A stretch of DNA of 32,000 nt from Nostoc punctiforme PCC 73102 (GCF_000020025.1 NC_010628.1:3270001-3302000), one strand, 5' to 3'. Positions 18,898 to 27,616 are shown, numbered from the stretch's first letter. Program-made: numbers and translations. Notes: generated from the sequence alone by a model not told the origin.

Positions 18898-19656
18898 ATG
18901 CCGCAAAATAACCAAACCGCCGTTGAATTCCGCGATGTCACCTTTAGCCGCAATCATCGCCCCTTGGTGTCAAATCTCAATTTCAACATCCGCCAAGGAG
19001 AAGCACTAGTATTACTTGGGCGCAGTGGTAGCGGCAAAACCACCACAATGAAGTTAATTAATCGCCTATTCACACCTACACAAGGCGAAGTTTTATTTGA
19101 TGGCATTCCCACAACTCAATGGGATGAAATTAAACTGCGGCGAAAAATTGGTTACGTCATTCAAGAAATTGGTTTATTTCCCCATTTTACAGTTGAACGC
19201 AATGTGGGTTTAGTCCCGGCTTTGGAAGGTTGGCAATCGAAACAAATAAAAACGCGGGTTTATGAGTTGTTGCAATTAGTGGGTTTAGAACCAGCACAAT
19301 TTGCAGGGCGTTACCCGCACGAACTTTCGGGTGGGCAAAGACAAAGAGTCGGGGTAGCCAGGGCTTTAGCAGCAGATCCGCCTGTGTTGTTGATGGATGA
19401 ACCCTTTGGCGCACTCGATCCGATTACGCGCTTAGAACTGCAACAAGAGTTTCGGCGTTTGCAGCAAGAGTTAGGGAAAACTGTTGTGTTTGTCACCCAC
19501 GATATTCAAGAAGCCTTGGTTTTGGCATCGAGAATTGGTTTAATGTATGGCGGAGAATTGGTAGTATTGGGGACAACAGATGAATTTATGCGATCGCAAC
19601 ACCCAGAAAGCCTAGCCTTTCTTAAATGTCTGCGTTCCTTCCAAGACAATTTATGA
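18898..19656 (+). CDS. ABC transporter ATP-binding protein, osmoprotectant (glycine betaine/choline, OpuC/OsmU-type) uptake system
   Basis: Walker A GRSGSGKTT, signature LSGGQRQRVGVARAL, Walker B VLLMDEPFGALD and H-loop VTHD. It is first in a three-gene operon with overlapping stops and starts. At 252 aa it lacks the C-terminal CBS pair seen in many ProV/OpuCA proteins. Confidence 0.9.
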   Translation: MPQNNQTAVEFRDVTFSRNHRPLVSNLNFNIRQGEALVLLGRSGSGKTTTMKLINRLFTPTQGEVLFDGIPTTQWDEIKLRRKIGYVIQEIGLFPHFTVERNVGLVPALEGWQSKQIKTRVYELLQLVGLEPAQFAGRYPHELSGGQRQRVGVARALAADPPVLLMDEPFGALDPITRLELQQEFRRLQQELGKTVVFVTHDIQEALVLASRIGLMYGGELVVLGTTDEFMRSQHPESLAFLKCLRSFQDNL

Positions 19657-20285
19657 AAAATTTCTTCCTTGTTAAGTATGCCCCAGAAATTCTTCAGCAT
19701 ACTCTAGAACACTTGTTTTTAGTAGGCATCGCTATTGGAATTGCCATACTTATAGGCATCCCATTAGGTATTTTAATTACACGTAAAACTTATCTCCGCC
19801 AACCAATTCTCGGCATAGCGAATATTCTCCAAACTATTCCTAGTTTGGCACTTTTTGGTTTACTTATTCCTGTTCCTATAATTGGCGGAATTGGGGCTGT
19901 ACCAGCAATTGTTGCTCTGACTGTATATTCTTTGCTACCGATAATTCGTAACACTTACACAGGTATTACTGGTGTAGATCCAGCAATTCGAGAGGCTGGG
20001 AGAGGTATGGGAATGACGGATAGACAATTGTTATTGCAAGTTGAGATTCCCTTGGCAATGGGGGTAATTTTAGCAGGTGTGCGAGTTGCAACGGTAATTG
20101 CGATTGGCATTGCAACCATTGCCGCCGCGATCGGGGCTGGTGGCTTGGGAGTCTTTATTTTTCGCGGCATATCAGTAGTTAACGATCAGTTAATTTTAGC
20201 TGGTGCAGTTCCGGCGGCGTTAATTGCATTATTGGCTGACTTTGCAATTGGCTGGTTGGAGAATAAATTAAAAATTAAAAGTTAA
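19653..20285 (+). CDS. ABC transporter permease, OpuCB/OsmW-like
   Basis: Multi-TM protein with the EAA-type loop DPAIREAGRGMGMTDRQLLLQVEIPLA. I prefer the ATG at 19653, which forms an ATGA overlap with the upstream stop. The track's alternative start is 19626. Confidence 0.85.
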   Translation: MKNFFLVKYAPEILQHTLEHLFLVGIAIGIAILIGIPLGILITRKTYLRQPILGIANILQTIPSLALFGLLIPVPIIGGIGAVPAIVALTVYSLLPIIRNTYTGITGVDPAIREAGRGMGMTDRQLLLQVEIPLAMGVILAGVRVATVIAIGIATIAAAIGAGGLGVFIFRGISVVNDQLILAGAVPAALIALLADFAIGWLENKLKIKS

Positions 20286-21187
20286 TGAAAAGATTTTTGG
20301 CATTTTGCTTTTTAACTTTTGCTTTGTTATTACTAATCACTAGCTGTACACCAAATGTAAATAGTAGCAGTGATGGCAATATTATTGTTGCTTCCAAAGA
20401 TTTTACTGAACAAGATATTTTAGGTGAATTTTTAGCACAACAAATAGAGGCAACAACTAATTTAAAAGTATCTCGTCGTCCCCGTTTGGGTGGTTCTTTT
20501 GTTTGTCATAACGCGATTACTACTGGCAAAATTGATGCGTATATTGAGTACACAGGTACAGCTTTTACTGGAATTTTAAAGCAAAAAGCAGTTAATGACC
20601 CTAAAGAAGTTTATGAAAGATTAAAACAAGCATACTCCCAGCAATTTAAACTAGAAGTAATGCCAAGCCTGGGTTTTGAAAATACTTTTGCAATGATTGT
20701 CCGGGGTGATGATGCTAAACGCTACAATATTCAAACTCTCTCGGAAGCTACTCAATATACACCACAGTGGCGCGGCGGTTTTGGTTATGAGTTTTTAGAA
20801 CGGGAAGATGGTTTTCCCGGATTAGCTAAAACTTACAATTTACGTTTTGCCAAATCTCCCCAAATCATGGACTTGGGTTTGATATATCGTGCTTTGATTC
20901 AAAAACAAGTAGATATGGTGGCGGGGAATTCTACTGATGGGCAAATTTCTCGCTTGGGTTTAGTTGTCTTAAAAGATGATAAACATTATTTTCCACCTTA
21001 CGAAACTGTGCCAATTATTCGGCAAGAAATATTAAAAAAATATCCCGAATTAAAAACAGCGATCGCTTCACTCGCCGGAAAGATTTCGGCAGATGAAATG
21101 CGGCAATTAAACTATTTAGTGGAAGGGGAATTACGTGATGTTAAAGATGTTGTCCAAGAGTTTAGAAAATCGAAAGGATTAAAATAA
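20285..21187 (+). CDS. Osmoprotectant (glycine betaine/choline-type) substrate-binding lipoprotein, OpuCC/OsmX-like
   Basis: The start overlaps the upstream stop (TAATG). Signal peptide with lipobox LLLITSC. FTEQDILGEFLAQQIE...IDAYIEYTGTAF...GNSTDGQI matches the OpuAC/OpuCC-type binding-protein fold. Confidence 0.85.
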   Translation: MKRFLAFCFLTFALLLLITSCTPNVNSSSDGNIIVASKDFTEQDILGEFLAQQIEATTNLKVSRRPRLGGSFVCHNAITTGKIDAYIEYTGTAFTGILKQKAVNDPKEVYERLKQAYSQQFKLEVMPSLGFENTFAMIVRGDDAKRYNIQTLSEATQYTPQWRGGFGYEFLEREDGFPGLAKTYNLRFAKSPQIMDLGLIYRALIQKQVDMVAGNSTDGQISRLGLVVLKDDKHYFPPYETVPIIRQEILKKYPELKTAIASLAGKISADEMRQLNYLVEGELRDVKDVVQEFRKSKGLK

Positions 21188-21213
21188 TTCGTAATTTGTA
21201 ATTTGTAATTAAG
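21186..21213. repeat. Heptameric STRR-like tract
   Basis: aattcgt aatttgt aatttgt aattaag lies directly after the operon stop. It is followed by the common hairpin repeat gttacggaagccgtaac. Confidence 0.75.
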
Positions 21214-21272
21214 CGTTAAGTCACGCACTGAAAAGCTGAAATGGTGCGTTACGGAAGCCGTAACACACCCTA

Positions 21273-21911
21273 CTATTGTCTCGGCAAAAAGTTTTTTAAC
21301 CACCTAATGACTTCACTTGTTGATTGCTCATTAGACATTTGGAGACATTGCTGCACAATTTCTTTGACGTTAGGATAGTAGCTGCTTTCTGTAAGCACAT
21401 AACTTTCTGCCTGCAATCTATAAATTAACAACCCATTACTCTTTAATATCCAAACTTCTGGCACTCGATAAGGTAAGTAATCATTAATATCGGTGTAGCT
21501 TGTCACATCTATTTCAATTGCTAAATCTGGTGGTGGATCTGACTCCCAATCAATTCTTTTTTTGCCTACTACTGCTCTGCAATTTTCAATGTAAAAGGAA
21601 TAGTCTGGTTCAATACCACTAATTTCTGGCAAGCTCATGGTGATGGGCGTAAATGACTCGTATATGCGGTTTAAATGATCCAGCAAAACCTTAGCAATAT
21701 CTGCCAGCAAACTCGCATCTCTTCCATGTTCTGGTAGCGGTGCCATCAGTAAAATCTCTCCAGGTCGATATTTAATGCGAGGTGAAGAGCGATTGCTTAG
21801 TTGCTGACTCAATACTTGATAGTCTTGCCAATTTCCCAAAAGCTTTAACACCGCGCCAGGTGGTAACTCGATTTTTTCTGGTGTAATTACGGTATCCATA
21901 TTACCTTGCAT
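21273..21911 (-). CDS. Uma2-family (DUF820) putative endonuclease
   Basis: EPDYSFYIENC...DPPPDLAIEIDVTSYTDINDYLPYRVPEVWIL matches the PD-(D/E)xK-like core of Uma2 proteins. The track start at 21980 adds MRCLATSRFSTRGYANAS, which is the translation of a dispersed intergenic repeat. I therefore prefer ATG 21911 (MQGNMDT) or 21899 (MDT). Confidence 0.75.
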   Translation of the reverse strand: MQGNMDTVITPEKIELPPGAVLKLLGNWQDYQVLSQQLSNRSSPRIKYRPGEILLMAPLPEHGRDASLLADIAKVLLDHLNRIYESFTPITMSLPEISGIEPDYSFYIENCRAVVGKKRIDWESDPPPDLAIEIDVTSYTDINDYLPYRVPEVWILKSNGLLIYRLQAESYVLTESSYYPNVKEIVQQCLQMSNEQSTSEVIRWLKNFLPRQ

Positions 21912-22032
21912 TGTAGATATTGCCGTAGACGCGTTGGCATAGCCTCTTGTAGAGAAGCGACTTGTCGCCAGACATCGCATTACATGGAGGATGAGAAATA
22001 AAAGGATTCATGAATTTAATGAATAGATTATA

Positions 22033-22764
22033 TCAAAGGTTTTTACTTACAAATACAAAGCCACGGCTCTTTTTAGACGCTGGATCATTTGTGAGCATTG
22101 CTTTCCATAAATCTGTTGTTTTTACCCACACTGGTGGATACTTGGAACGAGAAACATCCAGAATTAAAAATCTATCTGTTTGCTCATTATATGCTGCTAC
22201 AGGGGAAATATGTCCTCCTTTTTCTTGACCTATCTCTTTGCGTAGATAGTTTATTAAAATAAAATTTTGCGGTTGTTTTAAATTTTCTGCCGCTTGTTTG
22301 CGGAACTGCTCTAAACTAGTATCGGTAGCGTGGTAAACATTAACTTTAACACCATAACTGGATAGTAATTTTCCTAACTCGTCTAAAGTCATACCTTGGC
22401 GAGACACAACTTCAGGAGTTAGTACTTTTTTGGTATTATCATTACTAAAAAAGTTTTCTTGAGTAAATACCCGATATGGCTTGTACTGCGATGCTTCTGG
22501 TGCTGGAATTTGTAACCCATTCAGTACCATAACCATGCTAGCAACACCACAATATGCCTGATTATTTTGAGTGGTGAATTGCATACTCAGTGAAAAGAAG
22601 TCTTGATTTGACTTACTCTCAAATAATAATTTTTCACCTTCAGGTGTATTAAAGCCTATTAAGTTAGAGGAAAGCGGTAATGTTTGAGAAAGAACGCTTC
22701 CATTAGAGATATATAATCCAATAGTTAAAGCTTTGAAAAGTGTTTTACTTATTTTTCGCAACAT
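22033..22764 (-). CDS. Phytochelatin synthase-like papain-fold enzyme (NsPCS/alr0975-like gamma-glutamylcysteine transferase/GSH hydrolase)
   Basis: Catalytic-Cys context QAYCGVASMVMVLNGL, and the His/Asp region GGHISPVAAYN...DRFLILDVSRSKYPPVWV (compare GHFSP...LILDVARFKYPPHWV in PCS). It is about 240 aa with an N-terminal signal-like sequence, like the characterised Nostoc half-size PCS. Confidence 0.8.
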   Translation of the reverse strand: MLRKISKTLFKALTIGLYISNGSVLSQTLPLSSNLIGFNTPEGEKLLFESKSNQDFFSLSMQFTTQNNQAYCGVASMVMVLNGLQIPAPEASQYKPYRVFTQENFFSNDNTKKVLTPEVVSRQGMTLDELGKLLSSYGVKVNVYHATDTSLEQFRKQAAENLKQPQNFILINYLRKEIGQEKGGHISPVAAYNEQTDRFLILDVSRSKYPPVWVKTTDLWKAMLTNDPASKKSRGFVFVSKNL

Positions 22765-23127
22765 AGTATTTTATAAGTATTGTAAAATTTTTAAATCATA
22801 TGATATTAATAATCTCACACTCAGATACTAAAGGGACTTCCAGTTAAAAAAATATCCCATACCTGCGAGATGCTCCATGTTCGCGTAAGTTAAATGGGCG
22901 GTTGCATCTACACGAGGCTTTACCCACCTCCGTGGGTTTCAAACACTCAATTTTTTTAGACTACTCTGCGGGAAAGCGCAAGTGTCTATGTTTGTGTAGC
23001 TGCGAATTCCATTCACTGGGGCTTAAGTTGACACCGATGAATGCCTTGCGCCCCTACATAATATACAAATAATTTGGGATAATCTATTTTTTGCAAGTCC
23101 CTAAACAAGTATAAAATTTTAGGATAA

Positions 23128-24951
23128 ATGGTAATAAAAATGCTTACTGTTGTTAAACCCAAGCGAGTTGCGCTCGCAATTTTTTCTTTCACCCTCGTTG
23201 TTTACAGCCAAGTTGCATCAGCCGCCCTAACTTTACCCCTACGCAGTAAAAAGGGAATGGTGGCTTCAGCTCATCCCTTAGCAAGTGAAGCGGGAATTTT
23301 AATGTTACGCAAAGGTGGTAATGCAGTAGATGCAGCTGTCGCCACAACTTTTGCAATCTCTGTAGTTGAGCCTTTTTCAGCCGGAATCGGCGGCGGCGGA
23401 TTTTTGCTGATGCACTCTGAGAAAACTGGCGATATGAAAGCGCTAGATTTCCGCGAACGCGCACCCTTGAAAGCCACAAAAAAGATGTATTTAGATGCAG
23501 AAGGAAAGGTGCGTCCCAATGCAAGTATTAATGGTTATTTGGCAGTAGCGACACCAGGAACGGTGGCGGGACTTTATGAAGTGCATCGTCGCTATGGTAA
23601 ACTTCCTTGGCAAGAGGTGATGAAACCTGCGATCACACTCGCTAAAGATGGCTTTATAGTTAGCGATGTGGTAAATTGGCGTTCTCTGCAAGCAAACGAT
23701 TCCCGTAAGGAAGCAGTTCTCAACAATCCAGCCGCACGGGAAATTTTCACTCACAACGGTGAATTTTATAAACCAGGGGAGAAACTGGTGCAGCGTGATT
23801 TGGCACGCACTTTAACAGCAGTTGCCGAAAATCCCCAAAGTTTTTACACCGGAAGTATTGCTCGTGCGATCGCTTCTGATATGGTAAAAAATGGTGGTTT
23901 AATTACTTTAGAAGACCTGAAAGCCTACAAACCAATCTGGCGGACTCCTATTTGTGGCAATTTTCGCAAAGCTAAAGTTTGCTCAATGCCACCCCCATCA
24001 TCGGGAGGCGTTCACCTATTGCAGATTTTAAATATTATTGGTGACACTGATTTAAAATCTTTGGGATGGCATCATCCTGACGCTATTCACCTAATGGTAG
24101 AGGCAATGAAAATTGCTTACGCCGATCGCTCAGAATATTTAGGCGATCCTGATTTTGTCAAAGTTCCTGTACAAGAACTACTCAGTCCAGCTTACGCCAA
24201 ACAACGCCGTCAAGAAATTAATATGCAAGTGGCTAGACCCTCGACCAAGGTCAAGCCAGTAGATAGAAAGACACTACAACGTTTTAGTCAGGCTAATAAT
24301 CGGAGTTTAGGAGAAAATACCATTCCTTTATCTCATCAATCTCTTAAACTACACGCGACGCGGTATGAATCCACTGAAACCAGTCATCTTACTGTTGTGG
24401 ATGAAGAACGCAACGCTGTAAGTCTGACTTTCACCATTAACCTCAGTTTTGGTGCTGGTGTGGTGACACCGGGAACTGGAATTATCCTCAACAATGAGAT
24501 GGATGATTTTGCTGCTGCGCCAGGAGTGCCTAACGCCTTTGGTTTAGTTGGTAACGATGCCAACAGCATTGCACCCCGCAAAACTCCCCTATCCAGCATG
24601 ACTCCCACAATTGTCACAGAAAATGGTCATTTTCGGATGGCAGCAGGTGCGCCTGGTGGTAGCACCATCATCACTCAGGTTTTGCAAGTCATCCTAAATG
24701 TGCTGGAATACAACATGAATGTTGGTGCAGCTGTTTCTGTTCCACGCATACATCATCAATGGCTTCCAGATGAGTTGCGCGTAGAACCTTGGGGTTTGGA
24801 TGCTTTGACTCTAGAAGAATTACGCCGTCGGGGGCATAAAATTAAGGAAAGTACTCCTTGGGGTAATGGTAATGCGATCGCGGTTACATCTGATGGAACT
24901 CTAGAAGGCGCGGCAGATCCTCGCGGTGAAGGTTCCCCCAGAGGTCTATGA
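23128..24951 (+). CDS. ggt: Gamma-glutamyltranspeptidase
   Basis: N-terminal signal peptide. The autoprocessing/nucleophile site is ETSHLTVVDEERNAVSLTFTIN. PLSSMTPTIV, the GAPGGSTII oxyanion region and the C-terminal DPRGEG are all GGT hallmarks. Confidence 0.9.
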   Translation: MVIKMLTVVKPKRVALAIFSFTLVVYSQVASAALTLPLRSKKGMVASAHPLASEAGILMLRKGGNAVDAAVATTFAISVVEPFSAGIGGGGFLLMHSEKTGDMKALDFRERAPLKATKKMYLDAEGKVRPNASINGYLAVATPGTVAGLYEVHRRYGKLPWQEVMKPAITLAKDGFIVSDVVNWRSLQANDSRKEAVLNNPAAREIFTHNGEFYKPGEKLVQRDLARTLTAVAENPQSFYTGSIARAIASDMVKNGGLITLEDLKAYKPIWRTPICGNFRKAKVCSMPPPSSGGVHLLQILNIIGDTDLKSLGWHHPDAIHLMVEAMKIAYADRSEYLGDPDFVKVPVQELLSPAYAKQRRQEINMQVARPSTKVKPVDRKTLQRFSQANNRSLGENTIPLSHQSLKLHATRYESTETSHLTVVDEERNAVSLTFTINLSFGAGVVTPGTGIILNNEMDDFAAAPGVPNAFGLVGNDANSIAPRKTPLSSMTPTIVTENGHFRMAAGAPGGSTIITQVLQVILNVLEYNMNVGAAVSVPRIHHQWLPDELRVEPWGLDALTLEELRRRGHKIKESTPWGNGNAIAVTSDGTLEGAADPRGEGSPRGL

Positions 24952-24987
24952 GCGAGTGAGGGACTGGCGAGACACAGGGACGCACAG

Positions 24988-25029
24988 AATAACAAATAAC
25001 AAATGACTAATGACTAATTACCAATAACT
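24988..25029. repeat. Heptameric STRR-like tract
   Basis: aataaca aataaca aatgact aatgact aattacc aataact, six head-to-tail heptamers. Confidence 0.8.
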
Positions 25030-25291
25030 ATTGATTTTGGATTGTTGACTCTACGTAGCTACTGCTGCCAAACTCATTTGCGCGTGCGCTAGGTACTAGT
25101 GTCCAACCTGCTTTGAGAAGTTTTTGATAAGTTGCCCAACCTTTAGAACCACCTGGTATTTGATAATCTGGGACTGTGAAATGTCCAAAAGCCGTGTAGG
25201 GCCGCCAAGGCTGATTTGGTTCTGTCTGCAAATACAAAATTTTCTCGCCGTCGCCACCAGACTTAGATAACCAGCACATTTGTCGATGCAT
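25028..25291 (-). CDS. Small hypothetical protein (87 aa)
   Basis: The ATG at 25291 is preceded by a strong SD (AAAGGAG, 7-nt spacer). Trp/Pro/Gly-rich sequence with no recognised motif. The overlapping ORF 25096..25296 in another frame is rejected. Confidence 0.6.
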   Translation of the reverse strand: MHRQMCWLSKSGGDGEKILYLQTEPNQPWRPYTAFGHFTVPDYQIPGGSKGWATYQKLLKAGWTLVPSARANEFGSSSYVESTIQNQ

Positions 25292-25380
25292 TGCAAACTC
25301 CTTTGCTTTTAGCTAACAACTAACGCATAATATCAGACTTTTGTCAAGTTACTTCTCACCCTTGTGAGCTATTTTTGGAC

Positions 25381-25450
25381 ACGCGGATAAACAAATTTAC
25401 CTCACCTTATGTATTAGGGTGAGATTTTTCTAATGTTATCCGCGTTTTTT
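25381..25450 (+). terminator. Nested double hairpin with U-tracts (+ strand orientation)
   Basis: Outer 10-bp perfect stem acgcggataa (25381-25390) / ttatccgcgt (25436-25445), followed by TTTTT. Inner stem ctcacc (25401-25406) / ggtgag (25418-25423), followed by ATTTTT. Confidence 0.45.
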
Positions 25451-25524
25451 GCGACCGTGTGTAACAATAACTACTGTTTTCAGCGTGGGTTGGGAATTTG
25501 CAATCTGCTGTATTTTTAACAAAC

Positions 25525-25711
25525 AGAAGTCAGGAGCCAGGCAATACGGTTCGGTTAAAGGTGAAAAGGAAAAGGGGAAAGGTTTTGAATACATCCTTTA
25601 ACCCTTACCCGCAAGCCCATTCCTCAGACCACAAGGAAAGTGAAAAGTGTTTATCCGAACCGTATTGAAGAGCCAAGAGCAGAAGTTAGAACTGAATTCT
25701 GGCTCCTGACT
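25525..25711. mobile_element. MITE-like element with nested inverted repeats
   Basis: Outer perfect 13-bp IR agtcaggagccag (25528-25540) / ctggctcctgact (25699-25711). Inner perfect 13-bp IR caatacggttcgg (25542-25554) / ccgaaccgtattg (25655-25667) encloses a purine-rich core (ggtgaaaaggaaaaggggaaagg). The terminal sequence is shared with the element at 28346. Confidence 0.7.
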
Positions 25712-25868
25712 AGTGGATAGTGCAGCGTGCGATCGCTGTAGAAAAACTCTAAATATTGAGTGGGCGAGTTTTTTTGCGAGCGAATAGGGCTTTAATCGGG
25801 TTTTCCAAATACCATAGCCCTCTTTTTTCTCTGTAAATTAAAGAACTTAGCAGCAATACAACCGAGGT

Positions 25869-26495
25869 TTAGCTAAAGGTCGAGTTGTAATTGAGCATGT
25901 CAATCTTTCTGGCCATTTTGTCGCCGACAATGCCGCGAATTGTCTGTACTAATTGGGTGTATGCAAAGTCAGACAAGGCTGGTGTCGTTTCTTGCAAGTT
26001 AATGGATTGATCTAAATCAATCCATGATTTGCAACCACCGTATTTAGGATGATAAGGAATTTCTTGGTCTTGGGTTAGTTTATATGTCCGCAGGAGGAGA
26101 ATATAAAGGGGCTGACGTGGTTTCCATTTAAGGCGATCGCTAATAAAATGCTCATTCCAAATATGGAACGGAAGCAAGGCGTTGACAAGAAATTCGTCAC
26201 TAATTGGCAAAATATCTGTAATCTCAGCCCAACTGCCGATGCGAACTGTCTCTGGATGCCAACCTGATGTTACTGGATAAACACGATTAGCATACTCAGG
26301 TTTTAGCATGAAAGCTTGTTGATGTTCATAAGTAGGGTAAAGCAAAATTTGCTTATGGGCAACTTGGAAATTTCCATTTCGTTCATGAATACCCCCTTTG
26401 CGGAGCAACATAATTGTTTTGCCACTTTCCAAAGCATTTACGGCGACTGCCCATTCTTTGAGAGCATGAGAAGTTGTAGTCAATTCCATCAGCAT
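25869..26495 (-). CDS. Conserved hypothetical protein (DUF1802-like)
   Basis: The N-terminus ALKEWAVAVNALESGKTIMLLRKGGIHE matches my recollection of the DUF1802 family. The ORF is 208 aa and compositionally coding-like. Confidence 0.65.
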   Translation of the reverse strand: MLMELTTTSHALKEWAVAVNALESGKTIMLLRKGGIHERNGNFQVAHKQILLYPTYEHQQAFMLKPEYANRVYPVTSGWHPETVRIGSWAEITDILPISDEFLVNALLPFHIWNEHFISDRLKWKPRQPLYILLLRTYKLTQDQEIPYHPKYGGCKSWIDLDQSINLQETTPALSDFAYTQLVQTIRGIVGDKMARKIDMLNYNSTFS

Positions 26496-26515
26496 CTACT
26501 GTAACTCTGATTTAA

Positions 26516-26830
26516 TTCAAGCTAAGATCGATAAAGTGTGAAACTGTCCAAGGGAATGAATTAGAAAGCAGTTATAAAGAAACGATCGCTAGCAACCCAG
26601 CAGATAATCGTGCTAAAAATAAACTGTTTCAACGCGAAAACTTTGAACATGCTCAACAAGCGCTACAAAAATTACGTCCCATAGCTCTTATTTATAATTG
26701 TACCTCTGCTCTGTTAGCTTTGCTGTGGTTAATTGCCCAATTCCAAATTAATGCTATTGCAAGGGTGCGTTATCCCCAACAAGCACGAGACAAAGCCTTA
26801 GCTGCCGAAATTAAGCTTTATCCTGTCTAA
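26516..26830 (+). pseudogene. C-terminal remnant of an aldo/keto reductase gene
   Basis: Frame open 26516..26830 with no usable start codon near its 5' end, so it is not in the track. It reads ...NRAKNKLFQRENFEHAQQALQKLRPIALIYNCTSALLALLWLIAQFQINAIARVRYPQQARDKALAAEIKLYPV*. This resembles the AKR C-terminus (..aqlALaWll.q..v.a.IpGar...q..en..a..i.L). The N-terminal roughly 220 aa of a normal AKR are absent. Confidence 0.5.
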
Positions 26831-27316
26831 TTGGTAAAAATTGATGAAATTGGATGTATTATCGTCAATTATCTGGATGACAGCCAGATTATATGGAATT
26901 GATGACAATGCAGTTTGATTAGCTATGCCGATCTCTCGAAGATCCCATTAAATATCTTAAAAAGATAGTCAGGGATCAAATATCTGGAGCTAGATTGCAA
27001 AATCTAACAAAACATCAACTTTAGTAAACTAAGAGTTGCAACTTAGAAACTGAAGTGATAACTTAAATAGTAGGACACCAAACAAAATAAAACCAAAACA
27101 AAAGGGTAAATGACTTAGTGTCCCCTGTCATCAACCCAAGCAAATATCAGCATATCAAAATTACAAAAGTGGCAAAAGCCTAATGTAGAAGGCAATGCCA
27201 AATCCCAAAGCGGAAAAACGCAAGAATGCTGAGTTTGTTAGTTATTTAGTCCACCCTAGTTATTAACCTTCAATTACTTAATTAGTTTAACAATTTGAAA
27301 TCTGTGAACTCGATAA

Positions 27317-27348
27317 AACCTGGTCAACCCTGACCAGGTTTTTGGTAT
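27317..27348 (+). terminator. Intrinsic terminator-like hairpin (possibly bidirectional)
   Basis: aacctggtca (27317-27326) / tgaccaggtt (27331-27340) form a 10-bp perfect stem with a 4-nt loop, followed by TTTGGTATTTTATT. An A-run upstream gives a shorter U-tract on the other strand. Confidence 0.55.
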
Positions 27349-27355
27349 TTTATTG

Positions 27356-27364
27356 TGATATAAT
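27356..27364 (+). promoter_or_regulatory. Extended -10 promoter element TGaTATAAT
   Basis: ttgTGaTATAATtttctcag is an exact TGnTATAAT. No good -35 is present, which extended -10 promoters tolerate. The predicted TSS is about 27370-27372. Confidence 0.35.
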
Positions 27365-27370
27365 TTTCTC

Positions 27371-27536
27371 AGTACAGTAGATACTGCCGGAATTCATGCT
27401 TAAGAAGATAGTTGGGAAACTAGAGTCTTTTTAACAAAAGCTAGTTAATGTGCCCAATAAATGTCAAACCTTTTAGTTGGGTTACTTTATTTAGTTTTTA
27501 TATATAAGAAAGCCCACTAATATGGGCTTGTTTTTT
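27371..27536 (+). ncRNA. Candidate small RNA, or terminator-containing 5' leader of the downstream lipoprotein gene
   Basis: Bounded by the extended -10 box above and the terminator at 27510-27536. Only 8- and 11-codon ORFs lie inside. This is a purely structural prediction. Confidence 0.3.
27510..27536 (+). terminator. Intrinsic terminator
   Basis: aagccca (27510-27516) / tgggctt (27523-27529) form a 7-bp stem with a 6-nt loop, followed by GTTTTTT. Confidence 0.55.
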
Positions 27537-27616
27537 AGAATATAAACTCAAATTAACTAAGTAATTTCCAAGCAGCGAAGAAAATAGAATAGCAATGTAT
27601 CCTGTTAAAAAAATTG

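Noticed and set aside
19626-19652. Longer start (19626) for the OpuC-type permease
   Set aside because: It would overlap the ATPase gene by 31 nt. The ATG at 19653 forms the classic ATGA stop/start overlap and gives a typical permease N-terminus.
23189-24995. Several minus-strand ORFs (23189..23524, 23271..23519, 23491..23754, 24384..24617, 24756..24995)
   Set aside because: All are antisense to the strongly supported ggt CDS.
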